From positions 136,310 to 200,309 of the IMG/VR virus record IMGVR_UViG_3300033273_000282: DNA of 64,000 nucleotides; one strand, given 5' to 3'. The position numbers were made by a program, and so were the translations under genes. Numbering within the stretch: the stretch's first letter is position 1; every line of letters begins with the position of its first letter. This document shows, in pieces, positions 55,157 through 64,000 of the stretch. The notes below the pieces were generated by a model. That model did not search any database. It was not told the DNA's origin and was given only the letters and a program-made list of their open reading frames with translations. Source of the DNA: a virus (taxonomy: Duplodnaviria; Caudoviricetes).

Positions 55157-55324
55157 ATGCCTAGAGGAACTATGTCCAAGGTTGATATCTATGCTCGTGT
55201 CATCAAACTAAAGAACCAGTTGAGTCAGAATGAGTATGGTACTCAGTGGACTCACGATGAAAAGATGGCTGCCCACGGAGCTCTGAACACAGTGCTTGAC
55301 ATGATTAACGAGTACAGTCAATGA
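55157..55324 (+). CDS. small hypothetical protein (not in the ORF track)
   Basis: My translation is MPRGTMSKVDIYARVIKLKNQLSQNEYGTQWTHDEKMAAHGALNTVLDMINEYSQ* (55 aa); ATGA overlap with g3. Confidence 0.65.
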   Translation: MPRGTMSKVDIYARVIKLKNQLSQNEYGTQWTHDEKMAAHGALNTVLDMINEYSQ

Positions 55325-55875
55325 GCAAAAAGCGCCTATTCAGTCCTGACAATAAGAACTTTCTTGCTCCAGTTGGATTTAAGTTTATCTTGGACCGAGC
55401 CAAGAATGTAGAATACTTCTGTCAGTCCGTAAATATCCCTGACATCAATATCAACACTAGAGTGTTTGATACCAGGGTGAAGCAGTATGAGGTACCAGGC
55501 GACAAACTCCAGTATGGAGATCTCCAGTTGACCTTCATGATCAATGAGGATCTAGACAACTACTATGAGATCTACAACTGGCTCAAAGGTCTTACTAACC
55601 CAGAGCATGAGAGGCAGTGGTACGAATACATAGAGTCTATTGAAGAAGAAGGTAGAAGCACTGCCTTCCAAAAAATTACCACAGATGCTAGACTGTTGGT
55701 ATTGGACAGCAACTATAATACCACTGCCACTGCGATCTTTACTAACTGTTTCCCCACACAACTGGGTGGTATCAGATTCAGTTCCGATCAAAGTGACATT
55801 GATTATGTAACTGCTGACGTAACCTTTAAGTACACTCTCCTAGAGTTTATTGACAAAGACGGCAAGCGCTTATGA
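55321..55875 (+). CDS. g3: tail tube terminator / completion protein gp3
   Basis: NFLAPVGFKF...VPGDKLQYGDL...INEDLDNYYEIYNW...F..CFP..L...F...Y. Confidence 0.88.
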   Translation: MSKKRLFSPDNKNFLAPVGFKFILDRAKNVEYFCQSVNIPDININTRVFDTRVKQYEVPGDKLQYGDLQLTFMINEDLDNYYEIYNWLKGLTNPEHERQWYEYIESIEEEGRSTAFQKITTDARLLVLDSNYNTTATAIFTNCFPTQLGGIRFSSDQSDIDYVTADVTFKYTLLEFIDKDGKRL

Positions 55876-56285
55876 ATCTTGAATTGATTGAGTCCATGTG
55901 GGCAAAGGACTCAGAACTAGATGATGAAAAATTAGATCATGACTCTCTGGCGATCCCTCGCCGCCACGCTAAATACCTACAGTTACTCAATCAAGTTACT
56001 CTGCTGAGAGATCAGCACGAGTTAAAGATGAAGTCACTTTACCGTGACCTTTGGGAGTATTACACTGGTAAATCCGAGAAGCCATTCCACATCAAACTGC
56101 TGAAGCAGGACGTTGGAATCTATATTGACTCTGATGAGAGTTGGCAGAAAGCACAACTCAAACTACGTTACTACAATCAAATGGTAGATGCTCTCAAGAG
56201 CATTCTCACGGCAATTAACAATCAGTCGTTCCAAATTAAAAACGCGATTGAGTTTGCCAAGTTGTTGAAAGGGTATGAAGTCTAA
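55872..56285 (+). CDS. uvsY: recombination mediator UvsY
   Basis: IPRRHAKYL...WEYYTGK...YIDSD...FQIKNAIEF. Confidence 0.88.
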   Translation: MNLELIESMWAKDSELDDEKLDHDSLAIPRRHAKYLQLLNQVTLLRDQHELKMKSLYRDLWEYYTGKSEKPFHIKLLKQDVGIYIDSDESWQKAQLKLRYYNQMVDALKSILTAINNQSFQIKNAIEFAKLLKGYEV

Positions 56286-57747
56286 CGTTGTCATTCAGAA
56301 GAAGAATGAAGTCTATCTGAAGATTGAATGCGAACCGCATGTACAATATGAACTAGCGGATGAGTTTACCTTTGAGGTACCCCAAGCTAAGTTCATGTCA
56401 ACGTACAAGAAAAGATTTTGGGATGGGAAAATCAAATTATTCTCCCCAGCTACGGGTGAGATTTATGCTGGTCTTCTCCCTTATATTACTCATTTCTGCC
56501 GCGAACGCGGGTACGAATACTCATATAAAGACAACAACTTCTACGGGTTTCCTGAGGAAGTTGATGAGTTCGTTACTCCAGAAGCAGTCGGAGAATTTGT
56601 CAAGGGACTGGGACTTCCCCATAGAGTAAGGGACTATCAGTATAAAGCGATCTATGAAGCCATGAGACATAAGAGGAAACTCTTACTATCTCCCACTGCT
56701 TCTGGTAAGTCACTGATGATCTACTCTCTTGTCAGATTCTTTGAGAAGAAAGATCTTAAGACATTGATTGTCGTCCCCACTACATCTCTTGTGGAGCAGA
56801 TGTACAAGGACTTTGAGGAATATGGATGGAACGCTAGTCACTATTGCCACAAGGTTTATGGCGGCGAGTCGCCCATCTCCAAGAAGGATGTAGTGATTAC
56901 GACTTGGCAGTCAATCTACAAATTACCTAAGAACTACTTTAATGATTTTGGTGCTGTCATTGGTGATGAGGCACACTTGTTCAAAGCCAAGTCATTGACT
57001 AATATCATGAACAAACTTCATGACTGTAAGTATAGGATAGGATTTACTGGTACTCTAGATGGATGTGCCACTAACAAACTTGTCCTAGAAGGAGTCTTTG
57101 GTGTTTGTAACAAAGTAACCAAAACTGAAAATCTTATCCGAGAAGGACACCTCTCCGAGTTTGAGATCAAGGTTCTTCTGCTCAAGCATGACAAACAAAC
57201 GTTTGCCAGTTACCAGGATGAGATGGAGTACATAGTAAGCCATGAAGGTCGCAATAGATTCATTAGGAATCTCGTCGTGGACCTGGAAGGTAATACTCTT
57301 GTGCTGTTCAACTATGTCGAGAAGCATGGGATGCCACTTTTCGACTTGATAAATAGTAAGGTCGGGGATACTAGAAATGTATTCCTAGTACACGGAGGGG
57401 TAGAGACTGAAGACCGCGAGAAAATTAGACAGATCGCAGAGACTACTTCGGATTCTATTATTGTTGCTTCTTATGGCACCTTTTCTACAGGCATCAACAT
57501 TCGTAATCTACACAATGTAGTCTTTGCCTCTCCCTCTAAATCACGAGTAAGAAATCTACAGTCAATCGGTCGTGTGCTCCGCAAGGGAGCCAACAAAAGA
57601 AAGGCTGTCCTATACGATCTAGCAGACGACATCTCCAATGGTGGTCGTCGCAACCATACTTTGAATCACCTCATTGAGAGAGTGAAAATCTATAACGAAG
57701 AATCGTTTAGTTATGAATTTATTGATGTTAACCTACGAACAAAATAA
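56275..57747 (+). CDS. uvsW: DNA helicase UvsW
   Basis: RDYQ, SPTASGKS (Walker A), GDEAH, GFTGT, ASYGTFSTGINI, LQSIGRVLR. Confidence 0.96.
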   Translation: MKSNVVIQKKNEVYLKIECEPHVQYELADEFTFEVPQAKFMSTYKKRFWDGKIKLFSPATGEIYAGLLPYITHFCRERGYEYSYKDNNFYGFPEEVDEFVTPEAVGEFVKGLGLPHRVRDYQYKAIYEAMRHKRKLLLSPTASGKSLMIYSLVRFFEKKDLKTLIVVPTTSLVEQMYKDFEEYGWNASHYCHKVYGGESPISKKDVVITTWQSIYKLPKNYFNDFGAVIGDEAHLFKAKSLTNIMNKLHDCKYRIGFTGTLDGCATNKLVLEGVFGVCNKVTKTENLIREGHLSEFEIKVLLLKHDKQTFASYQDEMEYIVSHEGRNRFIRNLVVDLEGNTLVLFNYVEKHGMPLFDLINSKVGDTRNVFLVHGGVETEDREKIRQIAETTSDSIIVASYGTFSTGINIRNLHNVVFASPSKSRVRNLQSIGRVLRKGANKRKAVLYDLADDISNGGRRNHTLNHLIERVKIYNEESFSYEFIDVNLRTK

Positions 57748-57748
57748 A

Positions 57749-58144
57749 ATGGAAGAAGAATTCCTAGCTGCGATCAAGATGATCAGCGGTGAAGAAGTTC
57801 TTTCGATGGTCACCCCATTTTTTGATGAGAGTGGAGAATACCTTATCCTAGAAAACCCTATCGTAGTAGAAGAAGTACAGATTGCTAACAAGACTGGTGC
57901 CAAGGTAAGCCCTTGGATGAAGTTCTCAAGAGAAGATGTGTTTCTCCTACCTAAGGATAAAATTATTACTGTCGTTGAATGTGATCAAGAAGTAGCCATC
58001 TTCTACGAGATGTCTCTCCAAAAGATTGATCCCGAAAGAACACATAACGCTCCTAGCGCTGACCGTGCTATGGGTAAAATAAGTACAGTAGAGGAAGCCA
58101 GAGTAATACTTGAAGGTCTCTACAATAGAAAAGATAAGCTATAG
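57749..58144 (+). CDS. conserved hypothetical protein (Sm-like fold possible)
   Basis: AIKMISGEEV...LENP...PWMKFS; start refined from 57713 to MEEEF at 57749. Confidence 0.65.
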   Translation: MEEEFLAAIKMISGEEVLSMVTPFFDESGEYLILENPIVVEEVQIANKTGAKVSPWMKFSREDVFLLPKDKIITVVECDQEVAIFYEMSLQKIDPERTHNAPSADRAMGKISTVEEARVILEGLYNRKDKL

Positions 58145-58202
58145 CTGATCTTTGAACCCGCTACACTGTAGAGTCTACATGGATATTTGAGTCTTGTCAA
58201 GC

Positions 58203-58231
58203 TTGACTTGGGAACCACGACACGGTATAGT
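58203..58231 (+). promoter_or_regulatory. sigma70-type (early) promoter for g55-g47-g46
   Basis: TTGACT (58203-58208), 17-bp spacer, TATAGT (58226-58231). Confidence 0.75.
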
Positions 58232-58253
58232 AAGGAGACATAAGAAAAACCTT

Positions 58254-58715
58254 ATGAAGAAAAAATCAGAACACTATGTTAATAACAAAGAGTTCCTAGA
58301 GGCACTCATCGAATTCAAGCAGCAGTGTAAAATTGCTGAGGAGAACGGTGATGCTCGTCCTCAAATTAGTAACTACATTGGCGAGTGTTTTCTGAAAATC
58401 GCAACCCATCTTTCCTACAAGCCTAACTTCGTGAACTACATGTTCAGAGAAGATATGATTTGTGATGGGATTGAAAACTGTGTACAGTATATTCAAAACT
58501 TTGATCCATCTAAGTCCAGTAATCCTTTCGCTTACTTCACTCAGATTATCTACTACGCATTTCTCAGAAGAATTCAGAAAGAAAAACGCCAACTAGAAAT
58601 TAAAACTAAGATTGTTCAACGGTCTAGTTTTAACGAAGTGTTTTACAGTGAGGATTGGGATTCATATTCCGACTACAATACGATTAAGGAAAACGCTGAG
58701 ATTCGTACTAAGTGA
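58254..58715 (+). CDS. g55: late-transcription sigma factor gp55
   Basis: HYVNNKEF...YIGECFLKIATHLSYKPNF...DGIENC...NPFAYFTQIIYYAFLRRIQKEK; start at MKKKSEH. Confidence 0.95.
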   Translation: MKKKSEHYVNNKEFLEALIEFKQQCKIAEENGDARPQISNYIGECFLKIATHLSYKPNFVNYMFREDMICDGIENCVQYIQNFDPSKSSNPFAYFTQIIYYAFLRRIQKEKRQLEIKTKIVQRSSFNEVFYSEDWDSYSDYNTIKENAEIRTK

Positions 58716-59749
58716 AAGTAGCCATTATTACTGATCAGCACTTCGGTGCTAGGAAGTCGAGTAGAATTTTTCACGACTTCTTTTTGAAATTCTACAACAA
58801 TGTTTTCTTCCCAACCCTAGAGAAAGAAGGTATCACTACGCTCATTGATCTTGGTGATACTTTTGACAATAGGAGAAATGTAGACTTATGGTCTATAGAA
58901 TGGGCGCGAAAAAATTATTATGATCGTCTAGAAGAAATGGGCGTTACCGTCCATGCTGTTGTGGGTAACCACACGGCTTACTTCAAAGATACTAACGAGA
59001 TCAACACACTTGATAACGTGTTGGGGCAGTATTCTAATGTCATGGTTTATTCTGAACCAGAAGATGTTATTGTCGGCGGTCAGAAAGTAACCTTTATACC
59101 ATGGATTAACCAAAACAATGCTGAGAAAACTTTCAAACTTCTTAAAGATACAACTAGCAAGTGCGCGATGGGGCACCTTGAGCTCAACGGATTCGAGGCT
59201 CATCGCGGACACATCATGGAGAAGGGTCTGGGGTGCGAACTATTTGAGAAGTTCTCTCAGGTCTTTTCAGGTCACTACCATCACAGATCTTCCAGAGGAA
59301 ACATCCACTACCTAGGGAACCCATACCAACTCTACTGGAACGACTACCAAGACACCAGGGGGTTCCACATTTGGGATTCGCAATCCCTGGGACTAGAGTT
59401 TGTCCCCAACCCATATGAAATCTATGACAAGATCTTCTACAACCAGAAGAAGATTCCCAAGAAATTAGATAAGTACCAGGGCAAGATCGTCAAGGTCATT
59501 GTTGAAGACAAGACTGACGCGGCAAAGTTTGATTACTTTATCAGCCAACTCTATGTTGCTGGTGTCCACGAGGTAAAGATCATTGAGGATTCTTTGTTCG
59601 ATGCCGAGTTGGATGGTGACATAGATATAGAGAAGGAAGATACTCTTACCATTCTAGAGAAGTATGTGGATGACATGTCATACCACGATAAGAATGGTCT
59701 CAAAGATATTATGAAGTCCCTCTATGTAGAAGCCCTGGAGTTGGTTTAA
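58712..59749 (+). CDS. g47: recombination endonuclease subunit gp47 (Mre11/SbcD-like)
   Basis: TDQHFG, DLGDTFDNR, GNH, GHLE, SGHYH metallophosphoesterase motifs; GTG start. Confidence 0.95.
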   Translation: MKVAIITDQHFGARKSSRIFHDFFLKFYNNVFFPTLEKEGITTLIDLGDTFDNRRNVDLWSIEWARKNYYDRLEEMGVTVHAVVGNHTAYFKDTNEINTLDNVLGQYSNVMVYSEPEDVIVGGQKVTFIPWINQNNAEKTFKLLKDTTSKCAMGHLELNGFEAHRGHIMEKGLGCELFEKFSQVFSGHYHHRSSRGNIHYLGNPYQLYWNDYQDTRGFHIWDSQSLGLEFVPNPYEIYDKIFYNQKKIPKKLDKYQGKIVKVIVEDKTDAAKFDYFISQLYVAGVHEVKIIEDSLFDAELDGDIDIEKEDTLTILEKYVDDMSYHDKNGLKDIMKSLYVEALELV

Positions 59750-60006
59750 TGTTCGTGCTGGCACTTAAAGGTAAAGAAACTGAAGGTGCCTACTCGGTCG
59801 AAAACCAATTCGGACAAAAGTGCCTCTACCTCTTTGTTGACAAAGACGATGCGATGCGCTATAGTCTATTATTGGAGGCTGACGACTACCCAGAAATGTC
59901 GGTAGTTGAGGTCGAAGACGCAGATGCCATTGGCACCTGTAAAGAACACGGTTACCCTTACTATGTGATCACTCCTGACCAGATAGTAATCCCTCCTGAT
60001 TTTTAA
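59749..60006 (+). CDS. hypothetical protein
   Basis: 85 aa between g47 and g46, TAATG-coupled. Confidence 0.7.
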   Translation: MFVLALKGKETEGAYSVENQFGQKCLYLFVDKDDAMRYSLLLEADDYPEMSVVEVEDADAIGTCKEHGYPYYVITPDQIVIPPDF

Positions 60007-60022
60007 TTTGTCTATCTAAATC

Positions 60023-61744
60023 ATGATTGTATTTCAGACTATCCGTTGGAAGAACTTTCTTTCTACGGGTAACTCATTTACTGAGATTGATCTGAATAGT
60101 AACCCTTCTACTTTGATCGTAGGCTCCAACGGAGCAGGCAAGTCCACTATGCTGGACGCTATCTGCTTTGCTCTGTTTAACAAACCTTTCCGTAAGATAA
60201 ACAAACCCCAACTGGTCAACGCAATCAATGAAAAAGATTGTGTTGTGGAGGTAGAGTTTAAGGTAGGTGCGACCGACTGGAAAGTTGTTCGCGGTCAGAA
60301 ACCAAATGTTTTTGAGGTATACCGTAACGGTGTTGCTCTCAACCAAGAAGCATCGGCTAAAGACCAGCAGACATGGTTGGAACAGTCTATACTGAAACTG
60401 AACTACAAGTCATTCACTCAGGTGGTGATCCTTGGGTCATCAACGTTTGTTCCATTCATGCAACTTGCTCCTGCCCACCGCAGAGAGGTTATTGAAGATC
60501 TTCTGGATATCAGAATCTTCTCTTCCATGAACACTATCCTTAAGGAACGTGTTCGGGGTCTCAAAGACTCTATCCGCGACAGTGATTACCAGTTTGAACT
60601 GGCTAAGGAAAGAGTAGAGATTCAGCAACGATTTATTACTGATCTCAAAGAGCAAAGTCACCAGTCCAATGTTCAACGTCGGACTCAGATCAATGATCTC
60701 AATGCTGAGATTAAAGATATGGAGCTGAAAATTGAATCATGGTCTACGGAACTTGATGAGTTGAATGAGAGGGTAGCATCTTTTGGTAAGTGTGAGGAAC
60801 AGCTTAAAGAGTTGATCGCATACCGCACTAGGTTCACTGACAAGAATAAAAAACTGAACAGCGATCATAAGTTCTTTGATAAGAATGATAGCTGTCCCAC
60901 TTGTAAGCAGAGTATCACCGAAGAACTTAGAACCGAAAAGAAAGACTCTATCCTCTCTCAACTGTTGGAATTGGAAAAGGCTAATGCTGATCTCGAATCT
61001 AAAATCTCAGACATCAATCATAAGTTGACTGAGAAGAATGCCATTCTCCAAGAGATCTCTGTTATCAACTCAGAGGTTACCTCTAAGAATAAAGAGATCT
61101 CTTGGAAGCAATCCGCAATCAAAAAGATTGAGGAGAACATTCAGAGAGCAGATGGTGGCGGGGAGAATGTCAAGCGAGAGCAAGACAAACTCAAGAAACT
61201 CATCAAAGATGGGTTAGGAGTAGAGAAAGAAATATCTACCAAAAAGAAAGAACTTGCTAATCACGAAGTTGTGGTTAGCCTTCTCAAAGACAGTGGTATC
61301 AAAAGTCAGATCATTAAAAAGTATCTGCCTGTCATGAACCAGTTGATCAATCGTTACCTCAAAGAGTTAGACTTCTATGTCTCCTTTGAACTTAACGAGA
61401 ACTTTGAGGAGACTATCAAGTCACGGCACAGAGATGACTTCTCATATGCTTCCTTCTCTGAAGGTGAAAAGATGAGAATCGACTTGGCTCTGTTGTTCAC
61501 TTGGCGTACTATTGCTAAGATGAAGAACAGCGCATGTACTAACCTACTGTGCCTGGACGAGATCTTTGATAGCAGTCTTGACAATGCTGGTACCGATGAC
61601 TTTATTAAAATTCTTAAGTCCTTTGCGGACAACTCAAATGTCTTTGTGATTTCTCACAAGCCAGACATTTTACAAGATAAGTTTTCTCGGGTACTGCGTG
61701 TTGAGAAGAAGTTAAACTTCTCTACTGTTATAGAGGATCAATAA
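60023..61744 (+). CDS. g46: recombination ATPase subunit gp46 (Rad50/SbcC-like)
   Basis: GSNGAGKST Walker A, CPTC zinc hook, FSEGEKMRIDLAL signature, LDEIFD Walker B. Confidence 0.96.
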   Translation: MIVFQTIRWKNFLSTGNSFTEIDLNSNPSTLIVGSNGAGKSTMLDAICFALFNKPFRKINKPQLVNAINEKDCVVEVEFKVGATDWKVVRGQKPNVFEVYRNGVALNQEASAKDQQTWLEQSILKLNYKSFTQVVILGSSTFVPFMQLAPAHRREVIEDLLDIRIFSSMNTILKERVRGLKDSIRDSDYQFELAKERVEIQQRFITDLKEQSHQSNVQRRTQINDLNAEIKDMELKIESWSTELDELNERVASFGKCEEQLKELIAYRTRFTDKNKKLNSDHKFFDKNDSCPTCKQSITEELRTEKKDSILSQLLELEKANADLESKISDINHKLTEKNAILQEISVINSEVTSKNKEISWKQSAIKKIEENIQRADGGGENVKREQDKLKKLIKDGLGVEKEISTKKKELANHEVVVSLLKDSGIKSQIIKKYLPVMNQLINRYLKELDFYVSFELNENFEETIKSRHRDDFSYASFSEGEKMRIDLALLFTWRTIAKMKNSACTNLLCLDEIFDSSLDNAGTDDFIKILKSFADNSNVFVISHKPDILQDKFSRVLRVEKKLNFSTVIEDQ

Positions 61745-61747
61745 ATA
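61740..61747 (+). promoter_or_regulatory. late promoter (AATAAATA)
   Basis: Overlaps the g46 stop, upstream of ORF 61766. Confidence 0.55.
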
Positions 61748-61765
61748 CCTCTATATTGTTTTGTT

Positions 61766-61957
61766 ATGTACAAACCATACTCACCTGAATGGCACAGGTA
61801 TAGATACCTGAAAGAAGCCATCGACACATATCTAGATGATGGTGTCGATCCTACGAACATCGTGGATGATATTAAAACCATTCTCCACAATCGTTCTGAA
61901 TTAGCCTATTTGGAATTTACTAGGATCAATCAACTAGAACATTACTTATCGGAATAG
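61766..61957 (+). CDS. hypothetical protein
   Basis: 63 aa, YKPYSPEWHRYRYL motif. Confidence 0.6.
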   Translation: MYKPYSPEWHRYRYLKEAIDTYLDDGVDPTNIVDDIKTILHNRSELAYLEFTRINQLEHYLSE

Positions 61958-61961
61958 TAAT

Positions 61962-62279
61962 ATGCTTTCTACTGCGTACCGCAAACGCCTAGAAGGAATC
62001 TGCCAAAAGATTGCTCTGGGCGAACAAGTTGATCTATCTGATATGATCTGGGCAGAGAAACTAGGTAAGGCAAACACAACTGCTCGTGAGTGGTTGAAGA
62101 AAGCACGCCGACAAGCTGCTAATCCAGATATGCAAGAGGGCAGTATGGATGATTTTATGAATAGGATGGGACTAGGCGACCCCGACCCATCCAATCATTG
62201 TACGGGGTTCTCTGGAGCAGACGAAATTATCGACTGGTTCAAACAAGACAAACCTGATGATTGGAGACAACGTGACTGA
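61962..62279 (+). CDS. conserved hypothetical protein
   Basis: MLSTAYRKRLEGIC...DMIWAEKL...LDDF-like MDDFMNRMGLGDPDP...DWRQRD, a family I recognise from marine cyanophages. Confidence 0.7.
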   Translation: MLSTAYRKRLEGICQKIALGEQVDLSDMIWAEKLGKANTTAREWLKKARRQAANPDMQEGSMDDFMNRMGLGDPDPSNHCTGFSGADEIIDWFKQDKPDDWRQRD

Positions 62280-62427
62280 AAGACAATGGCAAGAGGTTGA
62301 AGCGATCGTTCGCAAGGAACAATCTCGATCTGTGAACAACCACCCCCGCTACAGGGAGTTGGGTGCTATACTAGAAGAACTCTACGACCTGGGACATGCA
62401 AGTACCGAACTGGAGACACCACAGTAA
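62272..62427 (+). CDS. small hypothetical protein (not in the ORF track)
   Basis: GTG start overlapping the upstream stop; MTERQWQEVEAIVRKEQ...ETPQ* (51 aa). Confidence 0.5.
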   Translation: MTERQWQEVEAIVRKEQSRSVNNHPRYRELGAILEELYDLGHASTELETPQ

Positions 62428-62566
62428 GAAGGAGCAGAAGCGCCACCTCAAGCCGCAAGCGATGCGGGCGAGGAAGGAAGCCCTGCGCCACTTCAAAAAG
62501 TGTCACACCAAGACCTCCGACAAGCGTCGGGGGTCTTATTATAGGTACATATCGGAGGAACAATGA
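62396..62566 (+). CDS. small highly basic protein (not in the ORF track)
   Basis: MQVPNWRHHSKKEQKRHLKPQAMRARKEALRHFKKCHTKTSDKRRGSYYRYISEEQ* (56 aa); ATGA overlap with the next gene. Confidence 0.6.
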   Translation: MQVPNWRHHSKKEQKRHLKPQAMRARKEALRHFKKCHTKTSDKRRGSYYRYISEEQ

Positions 62567-64000
62567 TCGAAGTCAAAGGACAGCTCGCTAAACTCCTCGC
62601 TCAGGAAGACCTGATCGTTGAGCACCGCAACGTTGAGACTGCTCAGTTCAACGTGGACACTCGCGTCCTCACTCTACCCAACTGGAAGAAAGCCAGTGAG
62701 CAAGTCACTGACCTTCTGATCTCGCATGAGGTGGGTCATGCTTTGTACACTCCCGTTGAGCGGTATCACTACACCTGCCCTCACTCCTACATCAATGTGG
62801 TTGAAGACATCCGCATTGAGAAGTTGATGAAGCGTCGTTACGCAGGTCTCCACAAGACTTTCTATCGTGGTTATCAGCAGTTTGCTAACGATGATTTCTT
62901 TGAGATTGGCGACCGCGATGTTGATGAGATGAATATCATCGATCGTCTGAATCTCTTCTACAAGATTGGTAACTTTATTGATATTTCTTTCTCTCCTGTT
63001 GAGCAAGGGTTTGTTGAGCAGGGTAACAACCTTGAGACCTTCCAAGATGTAATCGATTTAGCAGAATCAATCTATAAATACTACAGGGAAGAGGAGGATC
63101 GTCCTTCTCAGACTCCCACCGAAAACCTGCCACAGCAGCAATCGGGTCAGGCATCTTCCCATACGCCCACTCAGGCGAATCAAGATTTAGAAGAAGGGGA
63201 AGGAGAATCGACTGACGAATCTCAGAGTCAAGATACAGAATCCACTCGCCAGGAGACTTCTTCTAGTCAGGGTGGCACTGAGCATGATGAAGATCATGAA
63301 GCCATTACAGATTCTCTCCTTCGAGAGAAGCTTCAGAACTTAGTCGATTCCTCTTCTCCAGAAATCCATTACGTTGAGCGCCCTGTCTTTGAGATGGACA
63401 AGGTAGTCATCGACTACACCAAGTTGAATAATTATGTTGACCGCTGGCTTGAAGATACTGGCAACAACATTCTAGACAATCCAATTGTTCAGGAGCAGTG
63501 GAGGAACTTCAAGAAAGACTCCGCTCGTGAAGTCAACTATTTGGTAAAAGAGTTTGAGTGTAAGAAAGCCGCTAGTGCTTATGCTCGCTCCCATACTTCT
63601 CGAACTGGTGTTCTTGATACCAACAAGCTTCACACCTACAAGTTCAACGATGACATCTTCCGTAAGATCAACATCGTTCCTGATGGTAAGAACCACGGAC
63701 TGATCTTCAATCTTGATTGGTCTGGTTCCATGCAAGACGTGCTGCTGGATACCGTTAAGCAGTTGCTTTGCCTGACTACGTTCTGCCGTAAGGTCGGTAT
63801 TCCCTACGAGGTGTACATCTTCACGAACGAGTGGTATAATAGTGACACTACTACTTTCGCTCCTGTGAAAGCAGGTACCCTTGTCGCTGCTGGGTTCGCT
63901 CTGGTGAACGTTCTGTCCAGTCGAGCCAAGACTAAGGAGCAAGATCTTCTTGCTGCTCGTCTCTATGCTTATGCTTACGCATTCGCCCGCCGTCACTACG
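62563..64000 (+). CDS. HExxH metallopeptidase-like / VWA (CobT-like) protein, runs off the window
   Basis: Not in the track because it has no stop in the window; GGAGGA RBS; MIEVKGQLAKLLAQEDL...SHEVGHALYTP and later LIFNLDWSGSM (MIDAS DxSxS). Confidence 0.8.
   Translation, partial: MIEVKGQLAKLLAQEDLIVEHRNVETAQFNVDTRVLTLPNWKKASEQVTDLLISHEVGHALYTPVERYHYTCPHSYINVVEDIRIEKLMKRRYAGLHKTFYRGYQQFANDDFFEIGDRDVDEMNIIDRLNLFYKIGNFIDISFSPVEQGFVEQGNNLETFQDVIDLAESIYKYYREEEDRPSQTPTENLPQQQSGQASSHTPTQANQDLEEGEGESTDESQSQDTESTRQETSSSQGGTEHDEDHEAITDSLLREKLQNLVDSSSPEIHYVERPVFEMDKVVIDYTKLNNYVDRWLEDTGNNILDNPIVQEQWRNFKKDSAREVNYLVKEFECKKAASAYARSHTSRTGVLDTNKLHTYKFNDDIFRKINIVPDGKNHGLIFNLDWSGSMQDVLLDTVKQLLCLTTFCRKVGIPYEVYIFTNEWYNSDTTTFAPVKAGTLVAAGFALVNVLSSRAKTKEQDLLAARLYAYAYAFARRHY

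Noticed and set aside
57348-57355. GATAAATA inside uvsW as a late promoter
   Set aside because: It is about 390 bp from the next start and explained by the coding sequence (LINS). Possible but unsupported.
45595-57747. Introns, inteins or homing endonucleases in g17, g20, g23 or uvsW
   Set aside because: The ORFs are continuous and of ordinary length, and I saw no LAGLIDADG, HNH, GIY-YIG or intein motifs.
58194-58253. N-terminal extension of gp55 given by the ORF track
   Set aside because: It overlaps the predicted sigma70 promoter, and the conserved gp55 sequence starts near 58254.
1-64000. tRNA, rRNA or CRISPR arrays
   Set aside because: Intergenic gaps are too short and I saw no cloverleaf or spaced direct repeats. 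tRNAscan-SE would confirm.

Overview
This window is a segment of a T4-like cyanomyovirus (Kyanoviridae-type, probably Synechococcus-infecting) genome, almost entirely + strand. From left to right: (i) a tail-fibre/virion module with two giant paralogous beta-helix proteins (2392 and 3633 aa); (ii) three tandem glycine-rich adhesin-like paralogues; (iii) a translationally coupled enzyme block of two flavin-dependent (tryptophan-halogenase family) halogenases, six Fe(II)/2OG-type or JmjC oxygenases and accessory ORFs; (iv) a 1713-aa subtilisin (S8) protease with six Ig-like repeats; (v) the T4 core morphogenesis genes g13-g14-g15-g16-[insert with a tail-fibre gene]-g17-g18-g19-g20-g21-g22-g23, then g3, uvsY, uvsW, g55, g47, g46; (vi) a truncated HExxH/VWA (CobT-like) gene. 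T4-type late promoters ((T/A/C)TAAATA-like), a sigma70 promoter before g55 and the g23 terminator are visible. The strongest candidates for new biology are a late-expressed halogenase/oxygenase block that may chemically tailor tail adhesins, and four nested helical domains in the giant virion protein whose Cys motif aligns with the phycobiliprotein chromophore-binding helix. All family assignments are from motif recognition by eye; no database search was run.
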